NCBI GenBank assembly: GCA_963663765.2
Contig: CAXXUA010000003.1
Span: 192,001-256,000, forward strand
Length of the DNA stretch: 64,000 bases
From: Candidatus Poribacteria bacterium
GTDB taxonomy: Bacteria > Poribacteria > WGA-4E > WGA-3G
Reading direction: 5' to 3'
Positions 60,079 through 64,000 of this stretch are shown piece by piece. The notes beneath the pieces were generated by a model that saw nothing but the letters and a program-made list of their open reading frames with translations, was not told the DNA's origin and did not search any database. Each line of letters begins with the position of its first letter. Position 1 is the first letter of the stretch. A program made the translations under genes and the position numbers.

Positions 60079-60876
60079 GGGTGTGTAAAGTTTTTGCACA
60101 GAGGTACTAACTTTTGTTCTCTTTAGTCCCGTAGGGACGCAATGTTTATAGAAAGACGTTATAACATCCCCTCTCTTTAGTTCCGTAGGAACGACATAGA
60201 AGGATAAACATATCGTCCCTACCAAATCAACGCCAAATGCGCGTATGGCATTTGGCGGGACTAAAAAGACGTGGGGATATGTATTTCTATAAACATATCG
60301 TCCCTACGGGACTGAAGAATATGGTTAGTATTAACAATATTTCTTTATATTGACAACACCTATGGGTCCTGTTCCCGCAATCTCTTATTTAATCAGTTGC
60401 GGCGGGGCACAGAGACCCCATAGGTGTCAACTTAAGGATTTTGACCTCTTGTGGGAGGGGTTTTCAACCCCGTCAGAAGCCAAACGCGCTTCTGACGTTG
60501 ATTTGGATTTTTTAGTGCATTTCCACTCAAATCGGGCTTACAAAGCCCTCCCACAAGAGAATATGCAAACACTTTTTTCTTAAATTGACACCTATGCGGC
60601 GGACACAGAGACCCGGGGAATGCCTAAATTGACATTCATACCCGGGGAATACCATAAGGTATTCATACCAGGGGAATACCATAAGGTATTCATACCAGGG
60701 GAATACCATAAGGTATTCATACCAGGGGAATACCATAAGGTATTCATACCAGGGGAATACCATAAGGTATTCATACCAGGGGAATACCATAAGGTATTCA
60801 TACCGTTGATTTCTTGATTACTTGATTTCGTCCTACAATGGAGAGTGGGATGCTTGTGCAAAAACTTTACACACCT
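60079..60876. mobile_element. Composite MITE, copy 2 (inverted relative to copy 1), with about 9-bp target duplication and nested element 60419-60596
   Basis: GGTGTGTAAAGTTTTTGCACA TIRs, CTAAACAAA on both flanks, nested CATAGGTGTCAA...TTGACACCTATG. Confidence 0.82.
60644..60804. repeat. 6 x 27-bp perfect tandem repeat, each unit a hairpin
   Basis: GGGGAATACCATAAGGTATTCATACCA x6 with no spacers. A degenerate unit precedes it at 60615-60643. Confidence 0.95.
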
Positions 60877-60955
60877 CTAAACAAAGATTGGTAATACCTA
60901 TGGTTTTATGTTAACATGCTACATAGAGAAATTCAACTATTGGAAAGTTCACTGA

Positions 60956-61735
60956 ATGTTAGTTAAACCTGCCTATTTTGCCCTATTTAAGTTAACTCTC
61001 CGTCAACTATTCTGGAGTCGACGAGGACTTCTAATCCTGATTGGTGGTCTTTTTCCGATTGCAATCGCTCTCGTGGTTCGATTCTATGCGCAAACATCGG
61101 GGTTAGTCAACAACTTTATCCCTCATCTGACGTTTTTTTATTATGGGTTTTTGACGAATTTATGTGCAATTTTTTACGGATCAGCAATCGTGTCTGATGA
61201 AATTGATGGTAGAGGACTAACATATCTTCAGATGCGTCCACTCCGAAAGTCATTGATATTACTTAGCAAATTCACCGCATATATGATCGGAACAATCGCC
61301 TTGATTGCTCTATCGCACTTGCTTCTAACAGCAATTATGGAAACGCATCCAAAATTAAGAGACCGAATGATAGTGTTTGGAATGAGTTTCTATTATATAG
61401 GCGCGTTATCGTTGGGAATGTTAGTTTATGGAACTTTTGCAATGCTATTGTCTGTTCGATTTAAGCATCCTGTTCTTTGGGGTTTGTTATTTGTGTTTGG
61501 TTGGGAAAGGATCACCTCAATCCCTCCAATGCCAAGTGGAATCAAACACATCTCATTATCACATTACTTGATGACACTGTTTCCAGATTTCAAATTACGG
61601 AGTGACATCCTTGATGATTTGTTAGGGAATACGCCGCCAGCCGCTTGGGTGGCAGCGTTAGTGATCTGCCTGCTAACAGCAAGCGCAATGTGGCTCGCTG
61701 TGCGAATCTTCAATGAAAGAGAGTATTTGATGTAG
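60956..61735 (+). CDS. ABC-2 type transporter permease
   Basis: About 6 TM helices and the SDEIDGRGLTYLQMRPLRKS...SKF motif. Confidence 0.8.
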   Translation: MLVKPAYFALFKLTLRQLFWSRRGLLILIGGLFPIAIALVVRFYAQTSGLVNNFIPHLTFFYYGFLTNLCAIFYGSAIVSDEIDGRGLTYLQMRPLRKSLILLSKFTAYMIGTIALIALSHLLLTAIMETHPKLRDRMIVFGMSFYYIGALSLGMLVYGTFAMLLSVRFKHPVLWGLLFVFGWERITSIPPMPSGIKHISLSHYLMTLFPDFKLRSDILDDLLGNTPPAAWVAALVICLLTASAMWLAVRIFNEREYLM

Positions 61736-61770
61736 AAGATTCACGCCATAGTCAAGGAAATATTAACGAA

Positions 61771-62967
61771 CTATGCAGATAATACATGTGCAGTTTCACG
61801 GGATACAATAAGTTCCTCATTAGTAGAAACTACAAGAATTTTCACACGGCTATTTTCCGCTGATAGGTCGGTTTCTCCAGTAGCATTCTCATTTTTTTCA
61901 GCATCTAAATGTATGCCACACCATTCAAGTCCATCGCAGATTTTAGCACGGGTCGTTGAACTTTTCTCTCCGATACCACCCGCAAAGGCGATGACATCAA
62001 CGCCACCAAGTGCAGCAATATAAGCACCGATATACTTCTTCACACCGTAAGTGTATGTCTCTAATGCTAAGCGAGCATTGTCGTTACCAGCATCAATCGC
62101 CGCTTCTACATCGCGCATGTCACCGCTGGTACCAGAGATGCCTTTTACACCCGACTCCTCAATCAGTTGCCGTCTAATCTCGTCGGTAGAGTAATCTTCT
62201 TTGTCCATCAGATACAAAACGGCAAACGCATCTAAATCTCCGCATCGAGTGGATTGGACCATACCGTATTGTGTTGACGCACCCATTGAGGTATCAATTG
62301 ATTTTCCGTCTTTGATGGCACATAAGGAGGAACTACCACCGAGATGACAAGAGATAATCCGAAGCCCTTCACTGTTTTCTCGGCTAAGCATCTGCGGCAC
62401 ACGTTCGGAAATATAACGATGTGACGCACCATGAAATCCGTATTTACGGATACCGTGTTGTTCTACCCAGAACCGTGGCACACCAAAGTCGTAGGCGTAA
62501 TCGGGAATTGTCTGGTGAAACCATGTCTCAAAAACAGCAACCAGCGGGGTGTTCGGAAGGAGTTCCTGAAACGCACGGATAGACGCAATATATGCAGGAT
62601 TGTGCATCGGGGCAAGGGGTGTGGATGCTTCCAATGCAGCTATAACGTCATCTGTAATCCGTGCTGAACGCCAATATCCTTTGGCAAGAATGGTTTTGAA
62701 ACCGACACCGTCCAATTGGTTCAGGTCTGTCAGGCAACCGACTTCGGGATCAGTGATGAGTTGCATCGCATGTGCAATCGCATCAATATGTGAGGAGGCA
62801 TCAATTTCACCTTGGCGGGACGGTTTACCCGGTACTGCATGTGTAAAAGCAGATGGTGAATTACCGATACGGTCTACCCCTCCCTTGACGAGGGAGGCAG
62901 TTTTTTCCATGTCTATGATCTGGTATTTGAACGAGGTGCTACCAACGTTTGCACAAAGTATACGCAT
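61771..62967 (-). CDS. ackA: Acetate/propionate kinase
   Basis: NVGSTSFK, PLAPMHN, YGFHGASH, CHLGGSSS, FAGGIGE, TNEEL. Confidence 0.9.
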   Translation of the reverse strand: MRILCANVGSTSFKYQIIDMEKTASLVKGGVDRIGNSPSAFTHAVPGKPSRQGEIDASSHIDAIAHAMQLITDPEVGCLTDLNQLDGVGFKTILAKGYWRSARITDDVIAALEASTPLAPMHNPAYIASIRAFQELLPNTPLVAVFETWFHQTIPDYAYDFGVPRFWVEQHGIRKYGFHGASHRYISERVPQMLSRENSEGLRIISCHLGGSSSLCAIKDGKSIDTSMGASTQYGMVQSTRCGDLDAFAVLYLMDKEDYSTDEIRRQLIEESGVKGISGTSGDMRDVEAAIDAGNDNARLALETYTYGVKKYIGAYIAALGGVDVIAFAGGIGEKSSTTRAKICDGLEWCGIHLDAEKNENATGETDLSAENSRVKILVVSTNEELIVSRETAHVLSA

Positions 62968-63018
62968 GGTGGTATTTATATCTATGAAGTCACTTGAATA
63001 TAAAAATAAAGTTCAGCG

Positions 63019-63777
63019 TTATATTCCAACCCCAGTATAAGCAAGAGGTAAATCATTCCAAAATTGCTCTTCTAACTTCCTTCCTTTTTGTCTTTTGTTT
63101 TGTCCACCCCATTGTTTAAAAAAGAAAGGTACTGAGGCTTGTTGACATTGGTCACGGATATCAGTTACCCATTCTTCTTGCATAGGTCGAGCCCCGGGGC
63201 CGGATTCACCTCCGACAATTACCCAATGTATATTTTCTAAATCAAGATTTCGGAGTTCACCTATAAGCGGTTCAAGAGACAAAAATTTGATGTGGGCATC
63301 TGTTTCTCGCAAATCGTCAATTCGAGATTTATAGTCTTGATTTTCAACACTAACTCCCATCCATACATTTTCTGGCCACTTTATTTTTGAATTGAATTCA
63401 ATCAACCGTTTTGATCGTTTTGTAAGTACTTGGAAGTGATGTTGAGTTGCATTACGCATTGTTTCAAAGACCTTTAGGATAAATTCTAATTTAACATCTT
63501 CATGAAATAAATCACTCATGGAATTGACAAAAATCAACTGAGGTTTTTTCCACTTCAAAGGCAAATCAAGTAATTCTTCAACAAGTCGAACCTTATTTGA
63601 CCATCTTGGACCTGTTTTTGTCATTTTCGCAAGACCTTCATAAGCAAGACCTTCTTTTGAAAACCGGGCAGCTATTCGTTCGGCATAACAAAACTTACAC
63701 CCCTCAGAAACACGAGTACAACCCCTTACAGGATTCCAAGTTGATTGTGTCCACTCAATTGCGGATTTAGTCGCCAT
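63019..63777 (-). CDS. DUF5131 (phage Gp37/Gp68-like) protein
   Basis: IEWT..TWNPVRGCTRVSEGCKFCYA, FVNSMSDLFH, VGGESGPGAR, FFFKQWG. Confidence 0.88.
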   Translation of the reverse strand: MATKSAIEWTQSTWNPVRGCTRVSEGCKFCYAERIAARFSKEGLAYEGLAKMTKTGPRWSNKVRLVEELLDLPLKWKKPQLIFVNSMSDLFHEDVKLEFILKVFETMRNATQHHFQVLTKRSKRLIEFNSKIKWPENVWMGVSVENQDYKSRIDDLRETDAHIKFLSLEPLIGELRNLDLENIHWVIVGGESGPGARPMQEEWVTDIRDQCQQASVPFFFKQWGGQNKRQKGRKLEEQFWNDLPLAYTGVGI

Positions 63778-63805
63778 TATTGTGGTTCCTCCTTAGATAG
63801 AAACA

Positions 63806-64000
63806 TTACTCGTCCCTAGTTGGAAATGTAACTTGAACATTATCGCCAAAAGTGTTTTCTTGTCGCTTATTTGCAGAGGGATCCGTTAAAATCTTTCCGT
63901 CATTTTCAAGTTTGATAAGTGCCTTTTTATAGTTCTTTTTAATATACGGTGTGTCAATGGTGTGCTGGTCGTAAATCTGCTGCATTGTCATGATCTTACC
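63806..64000 (-). CDS. C-terminal fragment of a probable three-Cys-motif partner protein (TcmP-like), truncated by window edge
   Basis: Lies immediately upstream of DUF5131 on the same strand, with a wHTH-like tail YKKALIKLENDGKI. The identity is inferred from the usual gene pairing. Confidence 0.5.
   Translation of the reverse strand, partial: GKIMTMQQIYDQHTIDTPYIKKNYKKALIKLENDGKILTDPSANKRQENTFGDNVQVTFPTRDE

Noticed and set aside
60644-60804. Possible CRISPR array (palindromic repeat of about 27 bp)
   Set aside because: Units are directly adjacent with no unique spacers, there are no cas genes, and the repeat lies inside a MITE.
60527-60861. Repetitive ORFs (MVFPWYEYL)n, (MNTLWYSPG)n and (FIPGEYHKV)n as peptide or RiPP precursors
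   Set aside because: They are by-products of a 27-bp repeat that is open in several frames. There is no codon-level variation and no modifying enzymes nearby.
266-63040. Numerous short antisense or overlapping ORFs in the six-frame track
   Set aside because: They are shadow frames of longer, motif-supported genes and have no independent evidence.

Overview
Bacterial chromosomal window. The gene content (Gfo/Idh/MocA oxidoreductases, PhyH dioxygenases, sulfatase, WD40 proteins, an ECF sigma factor fused to a beta-propeller, dense REP/MITE elements) is reminiscent of Candidatus Poribacteria; that taxonomy is my inference, not demonstrated. The first 14 kb is a head-to-tail array of at least 7 paralogous membrane-anchored WD40 proteins. 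Each has a C-terminal domain that looks like a zinc metallopeptidase with its HExxH motif destroyed, and the copies are patchwork mosaics of each other. Housekeeping and catabolic genes (coaD, ubiA/mqnP-like, ubiX, ackA, TonB receptor, aminotransferase) are interspersed with candidate defence loci. These are an Hhe-like DUF4011-helicase-Vsr-DUF3320 gene, an MNT-HEPN toxin-antitoxin pair whose HEPN gene is broken by a MITE, a DUF5131 gene with a probable TcmP partner, and an unusual two-gene module: Sm-like/TPR/Ig-like/STAND NTPase followed by STAND NTPase/Swt1-like HEPN. That module is my best candidate for an undescribed system. Intergenic DNA carries nested mobile elements, including an intact tnpB-only IS200/IS605 element inserted inside a MITE, and two inverted composite MITEs, one with a 6x27-bp palindromic tandem repeat. 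I found no CRISPR array, tRNA or rRNA. All domain calls come from motif reading by eye, without database searches.
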